NCBI GenBank assembly: GCA_013265495.1
Contig: MU058636.1
Location: 2,232,001 to 2,296,000 of the forward strand
Direction of reading: 5' to 3'
Length of the DNA stretch: 64,000 bases
DNA from: Vicugna vicugna
Lineage: Eukaryota
Each line of letters opens with the position of its first letter. Positions within the stretch are counted from its first letter, which is position 1. The notes under the pieces were generated by a model that worked only from the letters and a program-made list of their open reading frames with translations, was not told where the DNA came from and ran no database searches. Positions 24,718 through 38,080 of the stretch are shown here, piece after piece. The position numbers were made by a program, and so were the translations under genes.

Positions 24718-25241
24718 ACAGCCTAAATGTTCATCAGCAGGTGACTGGATAAAGAAGATGTGGTATATTTATACAATGGAATACTACTCAGCCATAAAAA
24801 CCGACAACATAATGCCATTTGCAGCAACATGAATGCTCCTGGAGAATGTCATTTTAAGCAAAGTAAGCCAGAAAGAGAAAGAAAAATACCATATGGGATC
24901 GCTCATATGTGGAATCTAAAAAACAAACAAACAAAAACAAAGCGTAAATACAGGACAGAAATAGACTCATAGGCAGAGAATACAGACTTGTGCTTGCCAG
25001 GAGGGTGGAGGGTGGGAAGGGATAGACTGGGATTTCAAAATTGTAAAATAGATAAACAAGATTATACTGTATAGCACAGGGAAATATACACAAAACGTGA
25101 TGGTAGTTCACAGAGAAAAAAACGTGACAATGAGTGTGTATATGTCCATGTATGACTGAAAAATTGTGCTGAACACTGGAATTTGACACAACATTGTAAA
25201 ATGATTATAAATCAATAAAAAATGTTAAAAAAAAAAAAAAA
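24718..25241 (+). mobile_element. Young L1 3' end with poly(A) and TSD
   Basis: L1 ORF2 end and 3'UTR, long A-tail; TSD aagcagatgccagtgggaa (24699-24717) / aagcatgtgccagtgggaa (25242-25260). Confidence 0.95.
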
Positions 25242-26759
25242 AAGCATGTGCCAGTGGGAAGCAGCATGTTTCTCATCTCTCACCCACCAGGATGCTTGGT
25301 CCGTGAGGCTGACTCACCAGGACTCCACGTGCCCTTCCTCCCTCCCTCACCGAGCAAATGCATATCCCCTCTCCCAGGAGCCGATCTCTGTGCTGGGTCA
25401 GGGGACACAAAGAAAAGGCACTGTCCTCACCCTTGAAGAGTCTGCCACCCAGTGAGGGTCACAGCCTGATCTTGTCTCCTTTTCAGCGACCTTGGTTGGG
25501 GATAAGAAACACAGCAACAGTCTTGACTTTTGAAAACACTGGAAGCCTCTGTTTCTCTTCTCCCGACCTTAGCTGGACCCCTTTCATACCTGGACCCCAG
25601 CCACTGTCCCCCAGGCAGGTTAGAATCTCAGGCTCAATCCAGTTAGAGAGGTGGGAACTTGATCTAGGCTAACATGTGATCTCCAGCCACGAGGGACTTG
25701 GCAAGATCCCAGGAGGAAAAGAAATTTGTATTCTAAGCTGAGGCTAATTGTTCCCATATTATTTTGCCATTTCCCTATTACAGGAGCAGCGTGCATGCTT
25801 GAGGCAAGACACAGGCCGAGTTAGAGCAAGTGTTAAAACCAAGCAGGCTGTGCCATTTACAAAAAAAGTGAAAGTTGAGGTTCCCCAGAGAGAGGGAGTC
25901 GCCACTAAGGTATTTTCTGATTTCGAGAATGTTACTGTGAACTCCAGCAATGCTGCTACCCGTGAAACCCACGCTTCAATTTTCTTAATACTCATGGTTG
26001 AGCCTCGCGAAAGGTCAGTTGATGTCAACAATTTTCTGTCAGAGGCAAATTTACAAATTCCCAGGAAAAATATGTGAGAATGTCAAATCTTTGGGAAATA
26101 TACGGAAAGAGTCAGGGAAGGGGTGAGCCCAGATGCCACCCCCCTCCTAAGAGTTTTTAAACAAAATCAGGAAGAGATTTCGAGGTAAAGTGTTTAAAAC
26201 ATCTGGTTCTTATTGGAAATATGATTAGAAATGTATCTTACTATATGAGGCATTTTGAAAACTGAGAGGAAGTACATTTCTTGGTGACCCAGTGTTTTGG
26301 ATGATGTCACAGTCATGGCACGAAGAGAAATACCAAAGGCTTTTTTGAAATATTTTGAGAGATTTGCTTTGTATGTTGTTTTATTATTGTTTTTATGAAA
26401 AGCTGTTTACAAATGAAATAAGAAGGAAGAGAATGAGACTTGCTCAAATGCAATTAGGACTCAAGAAATCCCTAAACCTAAGTAACGTAAAGAGAGAAGG
26501 TGGTCGATAAGACAGGGTTTCAAAATGCTGGTCAATTATAAAGCAAATGTTTTCTTTTCTTTCCATTCTCTGCCCTTTCCCACCCCTGTTTGTTTGTATT
26601 TGGTCCATTTTCCACTCTGAAAGTAATAAAGAAAAAGGAGCATGTATTTGATTAGAGAACCCAAAAAAGGAAATAAATGGCTCTAGCTAGCTCCTGGTCC
26701 AGCTCACCCACCTGTCTCTCCTTGGCCAATTTTTTAAGTCCTAGCAGCCAGATCTATTG

Positions 26760-26870
26760 CATTGGAACTCCTGGGGGTCAGATCCAGGAATCACTGTATG
26801 CTTTTTAAAAAAAAAAAAAAAACTCCCCAGATGATGCTAATGGTGCAGTCAAGGTTGGGAGCCACTGTCA
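26760..26870. mobile_element. MER5-type hAT-Charlie fragment
   Basis: 'ccaggaatcactgtatgctttt...actccccagatgatgctaatggtgcagtcaaggttgggagccactg'. Confidence 0.6.
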
Positions 26871-27279
26871 TTAACACTGCAACATCACGGGGGAGAGACT
26901 CCCTGGCCAGCAACCAAGTATTTCCCAGGCTTTTGTACTCACAGACCAGAAACATTTCAAAACGCACTTGGGGGAGCAATATATATTTTGGTTTGTCAAG
27001 ATAGCAAAAACAACGATTACCATTTACTATCATGATCAATTTCATGCAATACAGGACATGCAAATACTAAAACAGCAGAAAGGACATAATCTCAGAGTAT
27101 TAAAAACCTGATTGCATATGTATATATATATGCATAGCTGTATATGTTTAAATGTATATTTCATCATATTTCTTTCTCCCTTTTACTGAGAAATGTTCTT
27201 GGACTGCCTGGCTTTGGGACCGCCTTGGATCCTATCTGCAACACTCCTTCCCAGATGCTGACACCAAAGGAACATTTAC

Positions 27280-27500
27280 TCTTTGCCAAGCCCTTGTCTA
27301 ATTGGTTTACACATATTAAATCATTTAATTCTCATGACCCTAAAAAATAGGAACTGTTATTATATTCATTTCTCAGATAAAGAAATAATCACTGCTGGTG
27401 AAGCAATTAGCTCCAGGTCACATGGTAGGGGCCGGAGCTTCGCTTTGAACCCAGGCAGTCAGATTTCAGAACGCCACGTTCTTAACCACTTACAGCACCA
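27280..27500 (-). mobile_element. MIR
   Basis: 'tcatttaattctcatgaccct...catttctcagataaagaa...ctttgaacccaggcagtcaga...gttcttaaccactta'. Confidence 0.75.
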
Positions 27501-28149
27501 GTAGCTGTATGTTCATGTATTACAGTAGTCGGCAAACATTTATTAAACAACTACTGTATGGTTGGCACCATGATGAACCCCAGGAATACAGAGATTGAGG
27601 GGAGTAAGACTAGGTCCTTGGTACCTAGATGTGCTGGGGACACACTTAGTCCCATCCCTCAAGTCTCCACAGAAGGAGGGACTTTCCACTCCTCTTCCCA
27701 GGAGGGAAATGAAGGAGGTGCCCATCCACTTCTCTCTGCCCCCATACTTGCTACCAGCAGTGGCTTGTGATGGTTTACCAGATGATCAGTAATTTGGAAG
27801 AAGAAACCTGGTTGGCCAAGCAATGAGTTTCCTGGGTTGGCCTCTTCTCCCGGGAAGGGGGTGGTTTGCATTGTTTCGAGGCTGCCAAGGAGCTTGGGGA
27901 AGCCTGGCTAATTCACTGCTGTCTGGATGCCCTATTGGCAATTCAGCTACTGAAGAGCCTGGCCAAAAGCCCAGTCCCTGTTGCCGCTGGGCTTGTGGTC
28001 AGTGGCAACAACACCTGGGAGTGATTAAGGATTTGCCTCCCTGTGAAAAATGGTCATCAAGTAGAGCTTAGTTTGTACTAGGGGGGGTGGGAGGATCTGC
28101 CCTGAAAACACATGGCTGGGCATCTATGCCAACATTCTTACACCCGCAA

Positions 28150-29050
28150 GGCTGCCAAAGGCCGAGAGTCTTGTGTAGGATGTGCAAGTGCCTATGAAGG
28201 GAAACCAGGAGGCGGGAGAGCCCGGAGCAGGGATTCCCAAGCCAGATGGGGGGAGGGGGCGCATGAACTGAGTCCTGAAGGACCACAGACGGTTTAGACT
28301 TTGAGGAGTAGGAGTAGGGGCGGAAAGACACTCCAGGCAGGGGTGGGAGCAGATGCAGAGGCAGGAGAGGACACAGCCTACAGTTCAGAAGGACCAGAGC
28401 ACAGAGCATCTGTGGCAGAGAGGAAGAAGTGAGCCTGGAGGGACAGGCAGGGATGGAAGTGTGAAAAGCCTCGAATGCCACGCCAAAGCTTTTGTATTTC
28501 ACCCTGAAGGCAGTGAGGAGCTCAACAAGGATTTTGAGCAGGGAGTGACATGATCACTGTTACATTTCAGCAAGATTTCTCCAGCAATAGCGTGGTGAAC
28601 GGGGACAAGAGGAACTGCTGGGAGGCTGGGATGGTGGCAAAAGACAATGAGGTCTGGAAATAAGGGAGATGGCTGTGAGGATGCAGAGGAGAGAGAAATT
28701 AAAGAGACATTAATAGCGTAGGGAACTATATTCGATATCTTGTAGTAACTTACGGTGAAAAAGAATATGAAAATGAATATATATATGTTCATATATGACT
28801 GAAACATAATGCTGTGCACCAGAAATTGACACAACATTGTAAACTGATTATACTTCAATAAAAATACATATTTAAAAAAAAGAGAGACATGAATGGTTCA
28901 TGGTGATCCATCAGCTTTGGAGATCAGGGTAAAAGAAGTCTGATTTCTGGCTTAGCAACTGCGTGTACAGAGGTGCTATTCCCAAGATAGGGAATATAAA
29001 GAGATCAGGAAGAGGGTGATAGTTCAGAGGCGGCCAAGTGTGTTTTGAGG
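28150..29050 (-). mobile_element. L2 fragments interrupted by a young L1 3' end
   Basis: L2 antisense motifs 'aggattttgagcagggagtgacatgatc', 'gatttctggcttagcaactg'. Confidence 0.55.
28715..28882 (+). mobile_element. Young L1 extreme 3' end
   Basis: 'gggaactatattcgatatcttgtag...tatacttcaataaaaa' with A-tail; TSD agagacattaat / agagacatgaat. Confidence 0.9.
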
Positions 29051-30394
29051 TGTCTGTGATGGGAGTTCCTGTCCTGCTCTGTGGTTGGTCCCTCCTGTGG
29101 TTCGTTGAACTGGACACAGCTCTGCCAGCATGCCCCAAGACACTCCTGTGGTTACCAGTGACACCCATGAGATGCAGTAGCCGTTCTGTTACACGTGGAA
29201 TCCACGTTGCTTCTTCCCCTTGCTCTGGGCCCTGGCAGAGCATCCGCTGCGGCTCTCAGGAGTGGTTCTGGCTCCTGTCTCCGGCGAGTCACCCAGCTCC
29301 TCCTGCACTCACTCCCTCTCCTAAGTCTCTCCTGCCACCTCCCCAGTAACTGGTTCCACCAGTTTTTCTGAGCATTTTGCCCTCTCCTCCACTCTAGCTG
29401 AAATCACTTTGCCTCCAGGCACTTTTTCGTCTTCCCCGTGCAAGGCACCCCATCTGAGCAAGAAGCCACAACCCTGCCATCTTAAATCATGGTCCCAGCT
29501 GATTTATCTCTCTCCTGTGTACCCATTTGGAGTCGGTTCTGCCTGGGGCTGGCAGATTTAGGTGAAACATCCCAGTGGATCTGCTCTATTCTGAGGTCTG
29601 TCCTGACAGAAGGCACACTCTGGTCTTTTAACAGGAATTAAGGTGATCAGGGCCAACCTGGGGTCAGCAGAAGGGTTTGGGGCTACACCAGCATGGAGCT
29701 AGAACATCTACAAGAATCTCCCCAGTGCCTCCTCTAAGACCCAACTTTGACCAAGAAAGAGTCCCCTGGATTGTTCACCTCCCTCTCTGCCCTCTGAGAC
29801 TGGGCAAAGCTTGGGAGAAGACGTCTGGATTCTGGGCCAGTCTGAAGATCACAGGAGCAGCTAATTTTAGTAGACAATAGAGAAGTTAAGTCCAGGACTG
29901 AATTCGATCTCGAATTTCCTACTAGACCCTGCAGCTCGAAGGACTTGTCTATGAAACGTGGTTGATTCATGTTGGCCGGGGCCAGTGTGGAGGAGGCCAC
30001 AGCTCCAGACTGTCTTCTGGGAGACTGGCTGCCCAGCTCAGTCTTCTATAACTGCATACTTTCTCAGCCAGAAGGCTTCATTTCGGCGGGACTTGGAGTT
30101 CAAACTTGGGTTGATTATAGACTGAGCTCTGCCAATGAAATGGAGCTGCTACATGAAAGCTGTCACACAGAACCCAGACAAAGGCCAAAATATAAAAACA
30201 TCACTCTATCAACACTGTTGCTCTGATGAGGCAGGCTGGCCCAGCCAAAGAAATTGCCTCAGTGTGATAACTTTCAACCCCTACCCGTCTTTTCTTCTGT
30301 CCCCTCTGGGTTGGTGATATCATGAGAATAGTTCTCGATTGAGACCCAAGAAATTTCCTGGGTCCCTGGAAATTCTTATTTTGCCCCTTACCAC

Positions 30395-30520
30395 AGGGCC
30401 ACTTGTGCAGGTCATTTAACCTCTTTGGGCTTCAATTTTCTCATCTAAAGATATTAGATTGAAAAAGAGATCAAAGGAGATTGAATGGGAAAACATGTGG
30501 AAACTTTTGCATTCAGTACA
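30395..30520 (+). mobile_element. MIR fragment
   Basis: 'gcaggtcatttaacctctttgggcttcaattttctcatctaaa'. Confidence 0.65.
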
Positions 30521-31200
30521 AAGCCATAGAACTAGAATTTTCTGTAAAGGTTGCTTCAAAGGATTGCTGACCTTACATATACTAATTTCAGTGTTTCCTA
30601 TTGATCAGGTTCACTATATGCGTTCATTCAGCAAGCAGTTCTCAACATCATCATGGTGTGAAGGTGTCGTCCTGTTAAATGGATTTGTCCGCGTTTTTAT
30701 CTCCCTGGTACATTCTGTGATACTACCCACCCTCCCTCCAGCCCAGTCTAATCAGATAATGGTAAAAGGCTCTGTTTTCACTGTCCTCAGGGTCAAAGGT
30801 TTAGAGCAGAAATGCAGAGAGAACAAATAAAGACACACTCAGCTTTTGGATTTTGAAATAGATCTTGAGTCTCGGAGCAGAGATAAGATACAAGAAAAAG
30901 GTTTTCAGTCTTAAAAAAACAAGGTCTTGAAGGACTTAGGGCATAGTGTTTGTGCTATAAATGACACAGTTAGGAGAATGATCAGATGAGAGTAATTTTT
31001 TGCACTCCAAAGGAGTCATCCAGACCAAATGGGGTGGGCAGGGGAGAAGACATCAGGGGGAGGCAGGGAATGAAAGAACCCCTAGGTATGTCAGGAGATC
31101 AGACACAGCTGGCCTTTCACAGCAAGGGTGCCGGGTTTGGTGGCGGGGCTCTCTCGTGCTAGTGGGACAGAACAGCAATAAGGTAAAAATGACAATCTGT

Positions 31201-31235
31201 GGGGAGGGTATAGCTCAAGTGGTAGAGCACATGCT
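31201..31235 (+). mobile_element. 3'-truncated tRNA-derived SINE head
   Basis: 'ggggagggtatagctcaagtggtagagcacatgct' only; no B box or tail. Confidence 0.75.
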
Positions 31236-32077
31236 GATTAATTGTCCCAAAAGTTGTGGGGAAAGCATCACCCAGCCACTCTTGTTGTTTGGCATTGAAC
31301 CAGTGGTGCCTATTCATGAAACAATAACCCAGAGGAGAACCTCCCCCCCAATCCCCAACCCGCCATGGTCAGTTGACTCTGTTGTTTCAAGTTAGCTCAT
31401 GGGAAATGCAGTGACTAATTTAGATTTGGGAAAGACCTGGAGTGGTGGAAACCTTGAGGACCTGAGATTTAAGTTGAAAGAGTAACATGATCACGTAGAG
31501 GGACAGAAACCCTTATTTGCTGCTGAGGACATGTGAGCAATGCATTTCTGCTGCACCCACACGGGACTTCTTTGATATTGATAATCCCATTCAACGGTCA
31601 GGTGATGTCTCCGGGACTACTGATGTCCTTAAGAAAACAAAAGCTTAAACGAGCCCTATGGCTAATGTTGGAGCAGCTGCAGGGATGACAGAGCCAGCAG
31701 GTCCCAAGGTCAGAGTATGGGTTCAGCTTTCCAAAGCTTCCCCTGCTCCCCCTCCCACCCCAACCTCCACGCATCTATTCTCCACCTCCTTGCTCTCATC
31801 CCCGATAGAGGAACTAAACAAAGACAGAGGAAAGAGATCCACATGCGATGGGGAAAGAAAGGACAAGAAGAAGGAGGGTGGACGGACAGAAAGGGAAATA
31901 CAAAGAGGAAGAAAACAGAGCGATATAATTTAAACTCTACACAGAGTCTGCTGCATGATGTAACGCTCCTGTGACCTTTTACTAAGTGTGTGTGGGGTCA
32001 TTTTCCTCTTGGTGAAAAGGATGAAAATCTAAAATAATAATGATAGTTACCTTGATTGAGTCATCACTGCTCTGCAC

Positions 32078-32090
32078 TGTGCGCGCGCGT

Positions 32091-32132
<42 letters not shown>

Positions 32133-32140
32133 ACATGTAT
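32078..32140 (+). repeat. (GC)n(AC)n alternating purine-pyrimidine microsatellite
   Basis: Seen directly. Confidence 0.95.
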
Positions 32141-33734
32141 ACGTTCAAGAGAAATGTAGATAAATGCATGGATTACAAAGTTCAACAACTTCAAAGGAAA
32201 GATTCTTAATGTCTTAAGGGACGGTGTCAGCCCCCTCAAAAAATTCTTATTGCAGGTAAAGAGGTATTTCCTCGTGGGTGTGCCCATGCACACACAAACA
32301 CACACACAATATGCCTATAGGTTGTATAGGTTGTATTGTGTATTAAAGAGATTGACTTGTTTGGGTAATTTGAAAGTAGACGTGGGGCACTCCCCCAGGT
32401 GATGAGGAAAGCCTGAGCTGAGGGTGTGTGGAGAGCTGGAACCACTTCTCTTTAGCCATTTATTTGGCACAGTCACTTCTCTTGCTTTCTAAGCAATGAT
32501 GGGGAGGAGAGCTCTTCCTCAGCAGAGGCTCGAGCCCTCAGATTCGGTTCCTCTTCATTAGTGACCTTCCGTGAGACTGTGTCTTGATCCCCCAGCTGGA
32601 TTGCTAGCTCCATTTCTCCATCTTTGGGTCCCTCCCTGACCCTGCTCTGAGACCTTGGCTGTAGGGAAGTGTCAGTAAGCACTGATCGGTTGGTTGAGGG
32701 CCAGCTGGGCCATGTAATTTCCTCCAAAACCAAGAGGATGACTTGTCCTGGCAGCTTATACCTTGAGGATAAAAGACAAACACTGATTTAGAGCATACAT
32801 CTGGCTGTCAGAGCTGACCAAGGTGGGGCAGGATGCGCTGGGCCTGGCCTGCGAGAGTCCAGCCGTGTGGTCAGACAGCCACGAAGGCCTGTCTGCCTTG
32901 ACCAGTGCAGGCCTGGCCGGGTCCTCCTTTGAGAAGAGAACAGAGCCCCCACTGAGGGTGTGAATTCAGACATGATTTTTCAACTGGATCAGTCACCTCA
33001 GATTCCTGTAGGACTTGCCTCTGTCCGTCTTTCTCTTTTTCTCTGTGTCTCTTTCTGTCTCTCTCAGTATATACTGAGTTCATCTGGATAATGTAAAAAG
33101 GGAGAAAAGCTATGGCAGTTCCTATGAGAAAGGCCCCTGATAGAGCAGTTATTTTATTGCAAAGAGGAATGATTCTTGTTTTTAAAGCAGGGTCCTTTCT
33201 GCATGAAACGTCTCTTCTCCCCAGCCTCCCTTCTAACATACATCTCTAAGGCATTCCTTAATTCTGGGAGTGCCACAGTGGTAAGCCATTCCTTTATCCT
33301 CTATTAAAGTATACACACACTCATTCAGAGCCCATTCCCCCAAAATGGTAGCAACCACTCACACTTTAGTATAAGTGAGTTTATGACACTCTGCTATTTA
33401 TAGATTTCACTAGCAAAGAAGCAGGTGAAATCATGGGCCCTGGGATATGGGAGCCTAGAAAGACATACGACTTTGGGGGAAGGGGAACTGGAGGAAAAAA
33501 TGAAGCAAAAATGTGAGGCTGAAGATACCAGACAGAAAATTTTCTTTTGCATTTTTTCGCAACGTCTTTCCTGCCCATCTCTCTCTGAAGTTGCTGCTCG
33601 TCTTTGTGTGCATGTGTAGATTACTCCTATGTAGACCCACAGGGGTACCAACGCGATTTTATCAGTGCACAATGCTAGCTGATTCTTTTAAATCACATTA
33701 ACATTTGTCCTTGAAACCATGGAAAATCTCCTAC

Positions 33735-33877
33735 TTTTTTAAAAGGCTTTTTGGGGGGCAGGAAGGAGATAATTAGGTTTATTTATTTATTTACTTTAGA
33801 GGAGGTACTGGGGGTTGAACCCAGGACCTCTGCATGTTAAGCATGCGCTCTACCACTTAAGCTATACCCTCCCTCCC
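33735..33877 (-). mobile_element. tRNA-derived SINE (Vic-1-like)
   Basis: Reverse head and tail; TSD gaaaatctcctac / gaaaaactcctac. Confidence 0.9.
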
Positions 33878-34605
33878 TGAAAAACTCCTACATTTTCAGC
33901 CAAATCCCTTTCATTCATTCATTCTCATAAATATTGATTTAATACTGTTCTGGGCATTAGGAATAAAGAAATGAACAAGACAGATAAATGGTTTTTACTT
34001 GTATGGTGAAAATAAATGTACCCTTTGTCTAATTAGACTGTACTTAGGAAGAAAAAAGAAATGTCCCTGTTTGGCTTAGGTTGGTGGGAGTGTGTGTGTT
34101 GGGGAGAGAGAGACATTGAACCTATGAAGAAATCACTGAGTCTTTTGAAGTTTTCCTATATTTATTTTTAATTAATTTGAAAGTTCAAATTACCTTGAAC
34201 AAGTTGCCTTAATTGCTCACTCTGCAATTAAGTCATTATCTCCTTCTTTCTTATGTTCATAATATTTGAAATAGGGAATACTTTCGTAGCTTCAAATCAA
34301 AAATTTTATAACAAAAAGCGAAGAAACATAAAGGAGGCTCAAATACATGCTTTTGTATTTAGTTCTTAAGTTTCACTCAAAAGCAACCTTGTTAATATTT
34401 CTTTGGGGAATTTTTCTGCAAAGGATATACTGACTGAGAATTAAAAATGAGTCCATTCAAATCTAGGCTAGAGATGGCTTCTACCATCAGCATAGGTATT
34501 ACTGCCAGAAGGCCCTTGATAGTGTATAAAACTTGAAGTGGCATCTTTCTCAAGTATCTTTTTACTAATTGAATGTTGCCTTTGACATCTGAGGAACTCT
34601 CATTT

Positions 34606-34767
34606 CCTGGCTATGCTGTGTATGGGACCTGGTACAAAATAAAAATGGCAGACCCCTTGTTCAGAATTTCAAGACTAACAACAGGGCATTAAACCAAGTG
34701 TAGGCCCTTCTGAGTGCCGGACTCTGGACAAATGCAGTTTGCCTGCCTGTGAAGCCAGTCCTGCCCT
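34606..34767 (-). mobile_element. MER91A-like hAT DNA element
   Basis: 'acaaaataaaaatggcagaccccttgttcagaatttcaagac...cagggcattaaaccaagtgtaggcccttctgagtgc...tgaagccagtcctg'. Confidence 0.7.
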
Positions 34768-36350
34768 GACCCGGATGGAGACACAGCCTGGAGAGGCACT
34801 GGCCGACCACTTTCTCCTTACCCCACACCCCCAGCTCCGTGGCACCTGGCACTTCCACCCTTCTGTGCTCTGGCTCCATCCTCCTGGCTCCACTGCAACC
34901 TTCTCCTGTCTGAACGTTGTCCCTCTGTAACGCTCTCTGGCTCCCTTCCTTCCTAACTCCAGCACGTTCCTGTTTCTACATATGACCTATCCAGTCTCTG
35001 TAAGCAGATCCAACACCTGTCCTGAGATGAGTTCTAGTCTCAGATACGTAGGGGTTTTTCAAAATGTCCCTTTTATTTTTAGGTCTGCCTCCTTTTGGTG
35101 TCAAAACAGGTTCTGATGACCAAGTGCTAATGGGTCATGCCTGTGTGATGTTGCAGGCACGTGGATGTGGGGTGTAGGGGGTAATCTAGGCCTAATTAGA
35201 GGGCCAAGAAAGAATCAAAGAATGAAACAGTGCGCCCAGGTGATCCTGGACCCACGCAAGACAGGGAACCCCAAAACCAAGATGTGACCTTGGGCCCGGG
35301 AGCAAGCATTCACCCCCAGCCTTGCACACACCAGGGCCGTGAACTTCCTCTGATACATGTTCTAAAGGAAGAGGAAATGTTAGACACATCTCTCAGATTG
35401 CCTGCGTGGAAACTGCTTTTTAGATGGTTCTGGTCTAGCAGCATAAATGTGATGACTCACACCGAGTCTTTATTCATTGACCCCCTCCTCAGAGGACTCT
35501 GTGAAGTGACTCACACCTCTATTTACTACATTTGATTGGGAATGTTTGGTGAAATCCTTTCCCCTGGGAACAGGAAGTTTTTGGTGTTTCTTCCAGAGAT
35601 GAAGTGCCGCCGCTGGGGGCAGAGCAGCACACGCTCTGCAGATGGGCTACTTCCCATCGGGAGGCTCAGGCGGGGAGACCCAGCGCGGGGACCGCAGAAT
35701 CATAGCGTGGGGGAAGGCGCAGCGCGTTACAGGGGGCTGGTCAACATCGGCACGCTATGAATCAGCCAAACGCACAGAAGATAAGGCCCCACAAAATATT
35801 TCCTGTTTTGAGTATTCAGAAGAAAGACTGAGAGTAAGAATGGACTGTGGGGAACGCTGGCAAAAGGCTCAGTAACTGAGTTTTGGGAATTGCGACCCCT
35901 GGTTTTCCCTATGGAAGATGCTAAGGTATCTGCAGTCAACGGGGCAACGTGGGGAGGCAGAGTCAATACTAGGATCACTGATGGCAGCAAAAGGGCAGAC
36001 CATGAGTTCAGCAGCCACAGGCCCCAGACTCAGGGGTAAGCAGGGCAGGGAACAACCAGGCAGACGAGGGACTTTAACCACAGGCCAGCGGATGCCACAG
36101 CATGTGCACCCCAGTGCCTGCAGGAGTCCGGGGACCCCCTGCCCCCAGCCCCACAGGACAAATAAGCCACACATTCCTCCCCCAAATAGCAGATGCCATC
36201 TTGGGGAAAGAAGCAGGGGGAAGGGGAGGCCATCGGAGACACTGAGTAGTTATACAAGTGAAGCAAAGCACTACCTGCAGAAGTGATTTAAATTATCAGG
36301 TGGACTAAGCTTTAACCCAGATCAGACATTAAATTACAATTTCCCAGTAG

Positions 36351-36495
36351 CTAGATGCAATTTCTTGTAATAACATACAATGGAAAAGAATCTGAAAAAA
36401 AAGTATGTACATTTATAACTGAACCCTTTTACTGTACACCTGAAACTAACATTGTTAAGTCAACCACACTTCAATAAAAACCAAATTAAAAAAAA
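36351..36495 (+). mobile_element. L1 extreme 3' end (short, 5'-truncated)
   Basis: 'aatggaaaagaatctgaaaaaaa...tgtacacctgaaactaacattg...cttcaataaaaa' with A-tail; flanked by aatttcccagtag. Confidence 0.9.
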
Positions 36496-36508
36496 AATTT
36501 CCCAGTAG

Positions 36509-37243
36509 GAAACCGTCCTATACTATGGGTGGGAATGCAATTTGGTGCAGCCACTATGGAAAACAGTATGGCAATTCCTTAAAAAACCAAAAATACCGTG
36601 TGATCTAACAATCCCACTCCTGGGCGTACATTCAGAAAAAACTCTAATTCAAAAAGGTACATGTACCCAAGTGTTCACAGAAGCACTATTTACAATAGCC
36701 AAGACATGGAATCAACCTAAATGTCCATTAACAGATGACTGGATAAAGATGTGGTATATTTATACAATGGAATACTACTCAGCCATAAAAAAGAAGGAAG
36801 TAATGCCATTTACAGCAACATGGATGGACCTAGAGATTATCATACTAAGTGAAGTAAGTCAGAAAGGGAAAGACAAATTTCATATGATATCACTTTATAT
36901 GTGGAATCTTTTAAAAAATGATACAAATGAACTTATTTATAAAACAGAAAGAGACTCACAGACATAGAAAACAAATTTATGGTTACCAGAAGGGAAAAGG
37001 GGTGAGGGAGGGATAAACTAGGTGTTTGGGATTAGCAGATACAAACTACTATATATAAAATAGATAAACAACAAGGTCCTACTGTATAGCACAAGGAACT
37101 ATATTCAATATCCTATAATAAACCATAATGGAAAAGAATATGAGAAGAAAAATATATACGTATAACGGAATCACTATGCTACACACCAGAAATTAACACA
37201 ACATTGTAAGTCGATTACACTTCAATAAAAGGGAAGAAAAAAA
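36509..37243 (+). mobile_element. L1 3' end (ORF2 C-terminus, 3'UTR, A-tail)
   Basis: ORF 36542..36967 'VQPLWKTVWQFLKK...MWYIYTMEYYSAIKK...WMDLEIIILSEVSQ' is the ORF2p C-terminus. Confidence 0.95.
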
Positions 37244-37399
37244 AATTTCCCAGGAGCCATGTGATGGCAGCATGAGAAAATGATAAGGTTATTTATAGAC
37301 CAAAGTCATTATGGTTTTGTCTACACATCGAGGGGTGCCAGGCAGGAGTAAGTAGCCCTGCTACACAGTTGATTATTTACCACCTACTGTATGCCAGCC

Positions 37400-37830
37400 A
37401 CTGCACTCAATGCGGAGGCCGGGGGTGGGGTACAAATCTGGTTTAAGAGAGAAGCAGACAGGTAAGTAATTATCAGAGAGCGCTGTTGGTAATCTCTCCG
37501 ACAGAGGAAAGCCTCAATGACCCGGGGGCCTGGAAGAACAAGGACACAGAGAAGTCTCCTGGGACACTGAGACTTGAGCTGAATTTGGAAGGACAATAGG
37601 CGTCAACTAGAATTTAGGTTCTAGATGAAGAAGTGAGGGAAGCACTTTCCAGACAAGGAGGACAGTAATAGACACAGAGGCAGGAAAGTGCGTGATGAGG
37701 TCGGGGGAGAGTGAGGACTCCACATAGCTGGGGTGTGAGGACAAGTCAGAGGTGATGCTAAAGAGGTAAGAGTCCACTGAGGAAGAGACTTGTGTGTTGA
37801 GCTTAGGCATTTGAATTTCACCTTGAAAGT
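37400..37830 (-). mobile_element. L2 fragment
   Basis: 'gacttgagctgaatttggaaggac...gcactttccagacaaggaggacag...gcatttgaatttcacct'. Confidence 0.55.
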
Positions 37831-37847
37831 TATAAAAGATCATTGTG

Positions 37848-37990
37848 AATACGCACAGGATTTTGTGGTGGCTCACAGTGAAAGAGAATGTGACAATGAA
37901 TGTAAGTATGTTCATGTATAACTGAAAAATCGTGCTTTACACTGGAATTTGACACAACATTGTAAAATGACTGTAACTCAATAAAAAAAA
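37848..37990 (+). mobile_element. Young L1 extreme 3' end
   Basis: Same tail as the end of the 24718-25241 element; TSD aaaagatcatt(g/a)tg. Confidence 0.9.
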
Positions 37991-38000
37991 AGATCATTAT

Positions 38001-38080
38001 GGGGGGAGGGTAGAGCTCAGTGGTAGAGTGTGTGCATGAGGTCCTGGGTTCAATCCCCAGTAATTCCATTAAAATTTTTA
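38001..38080 (+). mobile_element. tRNA-derived SINE (Vic-1-like, internal deletion)
   Basis: 'ggggagggtagagctcagtggtagagtgtgtgcatgaggtcctgggttcaatccccag'. Confidence 0.9.

Noticed and set aside
36542..36967. 141-aa ORF as a host gene
   Set aside because: It is the C-terminal remnant of L1 ORF2p in a 5'-truncated element. The same applies to ORFs at 10941, 12784, 24760, 50924 and to the antisense L1 frames at 12788 and 55248.
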